In this document: piece after piece, positions 30,537 through 39,107 of the stretch
How positions within the stretch are numbered: position 1 is the stretch's first letter
Layout: each line of letters starts with the position of its first letter
Virus record (IMG/VR): IMGVR_UViG_3300030117_006323
Location: 27,171-91,170 of that record
Direction: 5' to 3' (one strand)
DNA: 64,000 nt
From: a virus
Program-made: the position numbers and the translations under genes
Notes under the pieces: generated by a model
What the model was told of the DNA's origin: nothing
Databases searched by the model: none
What the model saw: only the letters and a program-made list of their open reading frames with translations

Positions 30537-31904
30537 TCACTCTCCTTGGTGCCAAACTGTTCCGGCGAGGTTGTGCACCTCATTCCAATCCATGTTGGCT
30601 AGTTCTTCAGTTGTTGGGATTGCCACGCTGCTAGATGCAGGCGCGGACTTCTGAAGTGTGGTTCCGGTTTGTCCACCGGATAGGGTGTCAATGCGCTCAT
30701 TGAGTTGCTCGATAGCCTTCATGACTTCTGTCATAGGTCCGCGTGCATCGTATGCATGCTTCTCGGCTTCTGCCTTCTCAACTGCTTGCTCTTGACCCAA
30801 GCGGGCCTCAAAGACATCACCAAGGCTTTCCTTGAACTGCTGCTCAAGTGCTGCTGCCTTGTAAACTTGGTATGCTGCTTCTACATCAGCAGGGTTCACA
30901 GAGTCAGGGTGTAGGAACTCTGACTTGTTCATGGTAGAGGCTTTGCCCTTTCCACCAGTGCCGTAATTGGCCTTGGGTACTTCTGGCTTTCCTTCAACCT
31001 GTGTGTGCCCCTTGGCTTGACCTGTGCGCTGGGTTTCATTACCAGCCAACTGCTCAGGTGTTGAGCCAAGGTTTGCCTTGTTCATCTGGTCGAAGTGGTT
31101 ACGTGCTGCCGCTGTGTCCACACCAGCGCTCTTGACTGTGCTTTCTAGCCAATCAAGATATTCACTGGTGATAACATCTGAATACTGCGATTTCTCCATG
31201 TCATCATCTTCCTTTTCGTCTTTCTTTTCGTCTTTCTTTTCGTCTGAATCTTTGGATTCTTTCTTATCTTCCATGAAAGGAGGCATTTCTCCCTTTTCCA
31301 TGGAATCAATTCTAGTTTCCAAACGGTTCAAAACACTCGATAGTTGGTCGAGTGTATCCATATTACTGCTTTCACTTGTCATTGTTGTGTCCTCCTTTAG
31401 GATTCTGAATTGAGCCTCTGGGTTTATTCCTTTTTCACAAATGGTTACTTCGTGGAGTTCAAGTTTACTGATTTCGGTGTAATCTCCGTGTTCTTTGTCG
31501 CTTTTGTTCATTCTTTTGAATGCTTGACCACCGATACTAAATCCACGTAAATTGCCTTTTCTAATTTCGGCTGCGACTTCACGTGCTTTTTCGATGTCAC
31601 TTCGGAGTTTGACTACTACAAACATCCCGACATCATCAACTTCGCTTTTCCAGACCCTCCCATTGCTATCTGTGTGTTTGCTAACTACTTCTCCAACTTG
31701 TATATTTGAGTGAGCCAATTGAACATTCTGAAATCCGGGGTTTTCCATAAATTTCCCGAATGCGTCTTTCAATGCCTCCTTTGTAATTAAGTCACCTTGT
31801 TTATCGACTAATTCGACGCTAGCATACCCAGCGACGACCAGTTCACTACCCTTGAGGATAGAGATACCCCCACGGGGCAACCGGAGTCTTGGTTCAGCCA
31901 ACAC
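30537..31904 (-). CDS. Prohead protease fused to scaffold domain
   Basis: VVAGYASVELVDKQGD, catalytic-type AH, GFSIGG and ELHEVTICEKGINPEA motifs of HK97-like prohead proteases; charged helical C-terminal half. Confidence 0.9.
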   Translation of the reverse strand: MLAEPRLRLPRGGISILKGSELVVAGYASVELVDKQGDLITKEALKDAFGKFMENPGFQNVQLAHSNIQVGEVVSKHTDSNGRVWKSEVDDVGMFVVVKLRSDIEKAREVAAEIRKGNLRGFSIGGQAFKRMNKSDKEHGDYTEISKLELHEVTICEKGINPEAQFRILKEDTTMTSESSNMDTLDQLSSVLNRLETRIDSMEKGEMPPFMEDKKESKDSDEKKDEKKDEKEDDDMEKSQYSDVITSEYLDWLESTVKSAGVDTAAARNHFDQMNKANLGSTPEQLAGNETQRTGQAKGHTQVEGKPEVPKANYGTGGKGKASTMNKSEFLHPDSVNPADVEAAYQVYKAAALEQQFKESLGDVFEARLGQEQAVEKAEAEKHAYDARGPMTEVMKAIEQLNERIDTLSGGQTGTTLQKSAPASSSVAIPTTEELANMDWNEVHNLAGTVWHQGE

Positions 31905-31930
31905 ACAATCACCATCACATTTGTAGACCT

Positions 31931-31936
31931 ATATAA
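31931..31936 (-). promoter_or_regulatory. TATA box of the capsid operon
   Basis: TTATAT 26 nt upstream of the GTG start at 31904, in a short intergenic gap; GGTGA SD at 31909-31913. Confidence 0.55.
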
Positions 31937-31947
31937 TACCAATAGTT

Positions 31948-34900
31948 TCAGATAACAAGTGAAGCCTCGTCGCTATCGACAGTCAATTGGCCTTCTTCTC
32001 CTTCTTCTGTTTCCAATTTTTCTTCGATTTTATTCTTATCTTTACTGTTTTTGGATTGTTGTTGCCAAGTTTTCTCTGGGTCAGTCATTGGTCGTTCACG
32101 CATATCCCAATCAGGAATAGTAGATTCACTTACCAAATCAGTCGGACCTCGTGGTGAAGAGCCCGGTGTCCCATAATCCATACCCATGCCTCTAGCGCCA
32201 GTCCAAGTTGTACGTTCTTTGCTAATGACTTCTAAAGCACGCAATGCGACTTCTAATGCCTTGGTTACAGTAGGTTTGTGAAATGTATCTTTGATTTTCT
32301 TGGGTTCAATCAAAGGCTCTGCATCCTCACTACTTTCGTGTACCTCTTCTTTTTTCTCGGTATCTTCGTATTCTAATCCTTTCAGCAAGGCTGCTGCTAC
32401 AGGAGACCAAAACGGCCTCACACTTTCTGACAAACGAATAGAATAGGAATTGTCACTCATATCGCCCATGAGCGCTTGAGGTGAATGAATAAGCCATCCT
32501 TCAGGCCACTCATCAATTTTGTAAAGCACTTCATCATTGAGGGCAGGAAGAGTTACAGCAACTTGGTTGCCACGAATAGTAACACCGTGTGGCCATTGGA
32601 TTGGAGCGTAAGATTTTGTCAATAGAGACAGAGTTTCAAGACTCGCTGGGCCTTCACCGAATCCTTCTCCTTCAATATCTTGGGCTTGGATTGTATATAC
32701 ATCGCGCCCGTTACGTGTAGATTGTGTCACACTGTCAATTCCGACATTGACAATATCTCCAATATTGAACGGCTTTTGGCTACGTACAATTGTACCAATA
32801 TCCATGTACGGTTTCTCATCATGGCTCTTGGCTCTGTTCCCTAATCCTTCATTATCAATCAAAGGACCTGCACCTAACCTGTAGGAATAAGGACCCTTGC
32901 CCTTTCTATCCAATACAATAAAGTTCAATTCTTTAGGTGAGCGCAATAGAATCCACTTTGGATGTCTGCGTTCTCCTTTCATGTAGGTAGATTGCGCGTC
33001 ACGTAGCAGATACATAGAATCATTTTCTTGTAAATTCTCTAACGCTTTGGCTAAATTTTCTTCATCTGCTGTGCGTGTATTGTGAGGTGCTGGCAGTTCT
33101 ACATGTTCGTTGCTTGAATAATGAGCGCGCAACAATTTGACTCTTTCATGTGAATTCAAATCACTCACATCATCCTTTTGATGTTTGAGAATATCAAGAA
33201 TTTGGAAATTATCACCAGACAAAATACCGTCGATGACGTAATCATCGTCAGAAATACTCTTGAGAGAACCGGGAAGTCCTGTGTCTAAAGATTTGGTTTT
33301 CCCGTTTTCATCATACACTGTGACTTTACCATCTTCTTTGGAGACAATCAAACGCTCTCCTTGAGGGATTCTTGAAATGACCCAATCACCACTAAAGCCC
33401 TTGAGAGCAGCCAAATCATCTTGGTCAAAGATACGATGCATAGGTCGTATCGGTGGAGCCCAATTTTCTGATGCTTCTTTGAGTAAAATATCAGGATTCA
33501 TCAGACTAGTAATGGGCAAATCTTCTGATGCTGTGAAAATATTCGGGTCATCTAAGGGGTCGCTACCCATTGGAGACATTGTCATGAAATTAGGAGCAGC
33601 CAAATGTAATTCAGAGCCCATGTGTGGTTCCAATTGTGGGAATGCACTCAACAAATATGGCGCAGGGACGCTGTGTAAACGAGTAGGAACAGGTACTGAA
33701 GAACGAGCAATTTGGCTACTACCATCTGTCGCATTAAATCTTGGCCAGAAATCAGGAGCCATCAACCAACCTGATTCTAAACGGCCAGCCTCTAACAAAT
33801 CTAACACTGAATTATGATTAGGTCCAACTGGACCAAGTGGCATTTGAATCCATTGTGCTTTTTGCTGTTCAGGAGGTTGATATTCTGAAGGAGATTCTAC
33901 TTCAGGGTCATGGAGAACAAAAGAGTTCAATCTTTCCATTGCGTCAAGGCGATTGTTGTGTCTTTTGATTGGAGCGCGACCGCTTCCGCCCGTGTTAGGC
34001 ATATCTTTTCTGTCACCATAAGAAGCACCGGGCACCCATGTGAGCCCATGAGCAGAGGCTTCATCGCCTGTGAATCTGAATAAATTATTCAATTGACGCA
34101 AACCACCATGTACGTAAGGGTCATGAGAATTTACCAATTCTTCCATATCCCCGGAAATAGGCTCTACATTGGGTATCATACCTGCATTGTAAATTTCAGA
34201 TGCACGCAAAGCAACTTGTGGTTTCCCGCCCAGTGCATTCAAAATTTCTTGAGCATGTTTTTTCTGCATAGAATCAGAGGAATCCAGTCCTAATTTTTCC
34301 ATAACTTGTTCAGGTGTGTCATCAGGTTGTATAGTCCTACCAGAGGCTAGGCCCTTCGCTCCTCCTGCCATTTGCGCGAAAGGATTGTTTTGGATACGAG
34401 GCATATCTTTGGTCGCTACTTGTTCAACTGGTGCTACATCATAACCTAAACCAGTTTGCCCATGATGCTCATGAGGCATTTCCATCATGTAACGCTGAGC
34501 GAATCTAAACGCTTGCAGAGCATTTGAAAGTAGTCTTTGTGGGTCATCGTCAGGGAATAAATCTGGGTGTTCTTTTGTCCATTGAGGTATGAGTTGTTTG
34601 ACTACATTAGTGATAGCGTCAAAATGACTGCCCATCATTTCATTGTGTTTGTCAGAAAACCAAGTGGCTCTGTCATCTTGTGCAACTCCTGCTCGTGTAG
34701 GCATTGCGTCGAGACTTACTTCTAAATCACGCAAATCTTCATTCATAGCCCTGAAGTGCTCAATTTTATTCTGTGCGCGCTGGCGCATATCATCATCGAC
34801 CCAATTGCCATTTTCATCCGTACCTCTTTGATGAAGATGGGCAATCTCTTCTTCCATGACATTCAATCTGTGTAAAATTTCATCTGCTCGACCGTGCAAA

Positions 34901-37797
34901 GCCTGTTCTTCAGGAGTAGGAACCATTTCAGGCAATTGTTTCATTTGTGCTCTTGTGTTTTGTGTGATTTCTTCTACCTGCGCGACCCAATTTTCGTGTT
35001 GTTCTGTGTATGCATCTTCGGCAACCTTTCTCTCTTCTGCACTTAATTCTTCTAATTGTTTAGGCGTATATTGCATCACAGGTTCTGGTGGGATTAAGCC
35101 CATTTTGTCGGCTACTTTGTGTGGGTCTTGACCATCTAATTGACCAAGTTCTCTCATTGTTCTAACCATGTCAAGAGTTTGGGCATCCATTACCTGCATT
35201 CCTTCCATAGGATAATTGGTCAAACCTTGGTGGTCTGAAAACGCACGAGTGCTCGCGTAAGGAATTTTACTTACATCGACTAAATCTTTCGTGATGTCAC
35301 TAAATTTCAATACCTTGGAACCCATAGGTGAACCCGGAGGGTGCATTCTACCCAGAAGTGCAATCATGCGCTTTTTGAGAACATCGCCCATTCTCGGATT
35401 GATATGTCCTTCTGTTGAAGATTCCATTCTTGTAAATGGGTCGTATGTGTGTAATTGACGGCCACCCATGTAACGATTTGTAGTAACACCCAATTCTTTT
35501 TTCCGTTGCGTGTCATGAATACGCATGGCTTTGTCTGTAAAAACTGGATGACTAGAAGATGCTGTTAGAGTGAAATTGTTTTTGGAAGTTCTAGGCTCTT
35601 CGTGTGGTGTATGGTCCTCTGCGACAGTTGTACCTGATTTGTCCCACATATTGAGAATAGAGGCAAGTCGAGATTCACTACGCGACAAATCATCAGAAGT
35701 GTGAACTCCACTAGGGGGCATAACAGATGCAAAAACACCTAGCATGTCTGGACGAATTTCCAATGATTCTAACTCTCCAGTTACAGGATTGTGTTTCCCA
35801 GTACCGAGGAATGAATGAGACAAGTGGTCCGTCGAACTACCTGTTTTGATTTTTTGGCCATCAACATCTACACCCCCGCTATCTTTAGTGATTCCTGTAG
35901 TAAGGAAATTGTGCATCTTTTCTAGATAAGACATCAAAGAACGATTGGCCCCTCCTTTGGAAAATGCTCTGTGCCAATGAGAAGCAAAAGTATCACTGTG
36001 CCCACCTGTTGTGTCTGTATGGTAAATATCAGGTATGCCCAGTTTTTCAATATCTGCTTTACTAGGCCCACGTGCTCCTCTTTGGGCTAGTGCTGCATTT
36101 CTGATGCTTTTTTCACGATTGTCTAAATCTTCCAATTTCAACGATTCTTTGATTACACCCATGTATTGGTCAGGAGTGAGTAAAGGACCTTCCCAATCTG
36201 GGAACAAAGGATGTTCACCTGCTTCAATGGGGTCACCATCTTCATCGTAACCGGCTAGAAGATTGAATACATGTGCACTCAAAGAAGGAGGAGTGCCCTC
36301 TTTCGTTCTTTGGCGTTTGATTTTGTGTGGTTCGCCATCTTTCCGAGGAATAAGGAAAGGCATTTCTGTGTGTTCTTTGTCATCCTCATAATCCATGTAA
36401 TCGTTAAAACTTTCAAGCAAAAAATCATGTGCGTTTCTGCCATCTAAATCTAAATTTTTCAAAGCCTTGTTCAAATTCCGTTGCCCTCTATATTCTCCTT
36501 TGTACGGTTTCTCAAGAATTTGGTTTTTATTGGGCCCAACCATGTGTGGATAACGATAGTACCACAAATATTCTGGGAACATACGACGCATCATATTCCG
36601 CTTAAAACGACCTATTGACATGTGAGGGCTGTTTTGATTGTAATCTGAGCCATTTTCCATGACATGTGTGAGAAATTCAGTTCGCTGTTGAGGTGTTAAA
36701 AATTCTAAACCACCCATATAACCTAGCCATCCTAATTTAGAAGAATGAGATTTACCCTCGCTATCAATAAAATCCTCACCACTTGTCCATTCTTTGGCCA
36801 TTTCTCTGAAATGCTGCTGCCTAGCATTCCACTCTTCTTCGGCTGTTTTTGCTTTAACATCTGGATTTTCAGACAACCAATTTTGGAAATGGAGATTGTA
36901 AATATCATGTTTATGGGCCCCATGAGCCGCTTCACCTGCACCAAGAAGAGGACCTAAGAACGGTTGTCTTGCACTATCTCTAGTAGGTTCATTTTGGGGA
37001 GTTGCGTCTGCGTGCCAATTTCTATCGGCTACTTCTAAGTCTCTAAAAATTTCGTCATATTCAGAAGCCCCGTCTGCTTGCACAGCATCTGGCTCTTCTG
37101 GTTCTTCTTCCATACCTGTAGCCAATTCTCTTTCTTCTTGGGTGATGTAGCGACCAACTTCAGTTTTTTTTAACGGTTGAGTAATCGGATGGCCACCATG
37201 CATTGTTTCGTATTTTCTTTCCAAAGGCTTTTCTTTTTCCGCTAAGGAAGGAGTATGAGGGTCAGGGCGCAAATAGAAAGCGGCTAATTCTTCTACGAAT
37301 TGAGGCGTACCATATTCTAGCCCTTGTAACAATGGATGAATGTCAGAACTATGAGTATGTTCATTTACAAAATGGTTGTCATCACCGGGTTTTTCTAGAT
37401 GTAACTGGGGCCATTCACCATGAATATGACCTAAGTGTTGTTCTCCACCACCTGTTTGTTTCCCATTTTCATATACGACAGGAGGGCGGAAGGCTCGTAT
37501 TCTACCTTTCCACGGACCACGTGAAAGATTTCCTTCTGTTTCACGAATGCCTTCAAATCCACCGCCACGTGTACTTGTGGATTGACTTGCATCTTCTTTC
37601 AAAATAACATCAGACATTTTTTGGAGCATCCAATCATGTTCGCCCCATGGGGCAATAGCATCATGATGATACAAATTTAGGAGTGAAAAATGGAACTCGG
37701 CGGCAGCATTTTTGAGGTCAATACCATCCATCAAAGATTTTGCGAATTCAAAACGAGCACGCTCGTAAATTTGAATTGGCCCCTCTCTTAGAAGCAT
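31948..37797 (-). CDS. 1949-aa head-module protein with a C-terminal ATP-dependent DNA ligase-like domain, apparently catalytically degenerate
   Basis: Ligase motif order at about 33450-32650 (WVISRIPQGER, VIDGIL, FQILDIL, YLLRD..STYMKGERRHPKWILLR, OB-like region); the motif I lysine is absent. Confidence 0.7.
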   Translation of the reverse strand: MLLREGPIQIYERARFEFAKSLMDGIDLKNAAAEFHFSLLNLYHHDAIAPWGEHDWMLQKMSDVILKEDASQSTSTRGGGFEGIRETEGNLSRGPWKGRIRAFRPPVVYENGKQTGGGEQHLGHIHGEWPQLHLEKPGDDNHFVNEHTHSSDIHPLLQGLEYGTPQFVEELAAFYLRPDPHTPSLAEKEKPLERKYETMHGGHPITQPLKKTEVGRYITQEERELATGMEEEPEEPDAVQADGASEYDEIFRDLEVADRNWHADATPQNEPTRDSARQPFLGPLLGAGEAAHGAHKHDIYNLHFQNWLSENPDVKAKTAEEEWNARQQHFREMAKEWTSGEDFIDSEGKSHSSKLGWLGYMGGLEFLTPQQRTEFLTHVMENGSDYNQNSPHMSIGRFKRNMMRRMFPEYLWYYRYPHMVGPNKNQILEKPYKGEYRGQRNLNKALKNLDLDGRNAHDFLLESFNDYMDYEDDKEHTEMPFLIPRKDGEPHKIKRQRTKEGTPPSLSAHVFNLLAGYDEDGDPIEAGEHPLFPDWEGPLLTPDQYMGVIKESLKLEDLDNREKSIRNAALAQRGARGPSKADIEKLGIPDIYHTDTTGGHSDTFASHWHRAFSKGGANRSLMSYLEKMHNFLTTGITKDSGGVDVDGQKIKTGSSTDHLSHSFLGTGKHNPVTGELESLEIRPDMLGVFASVMPPSGVHTSDDLSRSESRLASILNMWDKSGTTVAEDHTPHEEPRTSKNNFTLTASSSHPVFTDKAMRIHDTQRKKELGVTTNRYMGGRQLHTYDPFTRMESSTEGHINPRMGDVLKKRMIALLGRMHPPGSPMGSKVLKFSDITKDLVDVSKIPYASTRAFSDHQGLTNYPMEGMQVMDAQTLDMVRTMRELGQLDGQDPHKVADKMGLIPPEPVMQYTPKQLEELSAEERKVAEDAYTEQHENWVAQVEEITQNTRAQMKQLPEMVPTPEEQALHGRADEILHRLNVMEEEIAHLHQRGTDENGNWVDDDMRQRAQNKIEHFRAMNEDLRDLEVSLDAMPTRAGVAQDDRATWFSDKHNEMMGSHFDAITNVVKQLIPQWTKEHPDLFPDDDPQRLLSNALQAFRFAQRYMMEMPHEHHGQTGLGYDVAPVEQVATKDMPRIQNNPFAQMAGGAKGLASGRTIQPDDTPEQVMEKLGLDSSDSMQKKHAQEILNALGGKPQVALRASEIYNAGMIPNVEPISGDMEELVNSHDPYVHGGLRQLNNLFRFTGDEASAHGLTWVPGASYGDRKDMPNTGGSGRAPIKRHNNRLDAMERLNSFVLHDPEVESPSEYQPPEQQKAQWIQMPLGPVGPNHNSVLDLLEAGRLESGWLMAPDFWPRFNATDGSSQIARSSVPVPTRLHSVPAPYLLSAFPQLEPHMGSELHLAAPNFMTMSPMGSDPLDDPNIFTASEDLPITSLMNPDILLKEASENWAPPIRPMHRIFDQDDLAALKGFSGDWVISRIPQGERLIVSKEDGKVTVYDENGKTKSLDTGLPGSLKSISDDDYVIDGILSGDNFQILDILKHQKDDVSDLNSHERVKLLRAHYSSNEHVELPAPHNTRTADEENLAKALENLQENDSMYLLRDAQSTYMKGERRHPKWILLRSPKELNFIVLDRKGKGPYSYRLGAGPLIDNEGLGNRAKSHDEKPYMDIGTIVRSQKPFNIGDIVNVGIDSVTQSTRNGRDVYTIQAQDIEGEGFGEGPASLETLSLLTKSYAPIQWPHGVTIRGNQVAVTLPALNDEVLYKIDEWPEGWLIHSPQALMGDMSDNSYSIRLSESVRPFWSPVAAALLKGLEYEDTEKKEEVHESSEDAEPLIEPKKIKDTFHKPTVTKALEVALRALEVISKERTTWTGARGMGMDYGTPGSSPRGPTDLVSESTIPDWDMRERPMTDPEKTWQQQSKNSKDKNKIEEKLETEEGEEGQLTVDSDEASLVI

Positions 37798-37813
37798 GCA
37801 TATCCCTCGCCCT

Positions 37814-38341
37814 TCAACTCAATCGTCGGGCGAGTTCCTCAGTTGCTTCTGTGAGTTCACGCAATCGCAAAGAGTGTCCATCTTGCAATGAGCCAAGGAC
37901 AACATCTTGTGATTTCTTCAAATCAACTGCACCTTCGCCGCCAACTTCATGAGCATACAAAGTAGAGCCACCGGGCCCATAATTTTGAGGAGGAGCCTGC
38001 ATCATCTTGGCCGGGTCCGCCACTGGTGCTATCGCTCCCTTATTGGTAATATCATCAACTTGGATAGTTTGTTGGTTAGTCCAATATTGTGGTCGGTGAG
38101 CAATACGTCCACCAGTTTCAATTTCTAAATGACTAGGTCCGACTTGTGAACCTTCGACAGGAGCGCTATCATAAGGCTGTGCTTTTTGCATACCGTATTT
38201 ACCGATAGCGCAGCATTCTGCTTTTGGCTTTCCACTACCGCAAGGGCACTCGGTGGCTTTACCAATGCGCTCTTCTAGTTCCTTGGCTTTTGCCAACATA
38301 TCTTGTGTTTTAGGATGACACTCTGACCAACGTGGTTTCAT
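37814..38341 (-). CDS. Hypothetical protein with SEC-C metal-binding motif
   Basis: CPCGSGKPKAECC at about 38210-38248. Confidence 0.6.
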   Translation of the reverse strand: MKPRWSECHPKTQDMLAKAKELEERIGKATECPCGSGKPKAECCAIGKYGMQKAQPYDSAPVEGSQVGPSHLEIETGGRIAHRPQYWTNQQTIQVDDITNKGAIAPVADPAKMMQAPPQNYGPGGSTLYAHEVGGEGAVDLKKSQDVVLGSLQDGHSLRLRELTEATEELARRLS

Positions 38342-38718
38342 TCTACATCTCTCCCTGTAATAATTTTGAATGGCTCTTCTACATTACCTGCTGCTTTGGC
38401 TTCATCGGCCATAGCATGGATGTCATCCCAAGAGGTATTGTGGAATTCTGCATTGCTAGTTGGTAGCCCGATTTCATCAGGTCCTTTGAGGATTGCATCT
38501 CCTTCAGTAGGCCGGAAGCCATCTCCCATTACATCGCGTGCCAATGGAGTCATTGTAGATACAAGTCCCATTTTTCTCATCAAAGAAGATGGGTCAGAGA
38601 CCAATTGCTTAAGACGCATATTTTCGGCTTTCAACATGTGAATATCGCTATCCATTGATTCCATTTTAGAAATCAAGACATTCATTAATGTCTCTGCTGA
38701 ATTCTGGTCACCGCTCAT
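38338..38718 (-). CDS. Hypothetical coiled-coil protein; C-terminus resembles the scaffold C-terminus
   Basis: LPTSNAEFHNTSWDDIHAMA resembles IPTTEELANMDWNEVHNLA at the end of the protease/scaffold protein. Confidence 0.55.
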   Translation of the reverse strand: MSGDQNSAETLMNVLISKMESMDSDIHMLKAENMRLKQLVSDPSSLMRKMGLVSTMTPLARDVMGDGFRPTEGDAILKGPDEIGLPTSNAEFHNTSWDDIHAMADEAKAAGNVEEPFKIITGRDVE

Positions 38719-38724
38719 CTGGTA

Positions 38725-39084
38725 TCACACCTTACGCCAAGGTCTCATAATATTGCCTGAGCGAGCAGGCATAATTACACCGGGAAGAACCGAATCTCGA
38801 TTTGCTACATCAAATACACTTTGTGTTTCATTGAATCGCATAATAGGCACTCCGCCAGCGAATGTATTGTTTGGCCCTCCAATCTTTTCAGCCTTAGTCA
38901 CAACTGTGTGAATATCATTAGCCAAGAAATCCGCAACTTTCTGAATTTGAGTAATTCTTGAGCGGGCTTCATTGATATTCCCAGTCTCTACAGCCTTGTG
39001 GAAAGCATCCATTTCTACTTGCAATTTTCGTGCCATTGGGTCCATTTTTGAAAGGTCTACCATTGGTTCACCTACCTTGCGCAT
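38725..39084 (-). CDS. Hypothetical protein downstream of portal
   Basis: ORF in head operon; GGTGA lies just before an alternative start MVDLSK. Confidence 0.5.
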   Translation of the reverse strand: MRKVGEPMVDLSKMDPMARKLQVEMDAFHKAVETGNINEARSRITQIQKVADFLANDIHTVVTKAEKIGGPNNTFAGGVPIMRFNETQSVFDVANRDSVLPGVIMPARSGNIMRPWRKV

Positions 39085-39107
39085 ACATATCCACCCCTTG
39101 AACCTTC

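Noticed and set aside
31948-37797. Calling this an active DNA ligase
   Set aside because: Catalytic Lys and several other essential residues are missing
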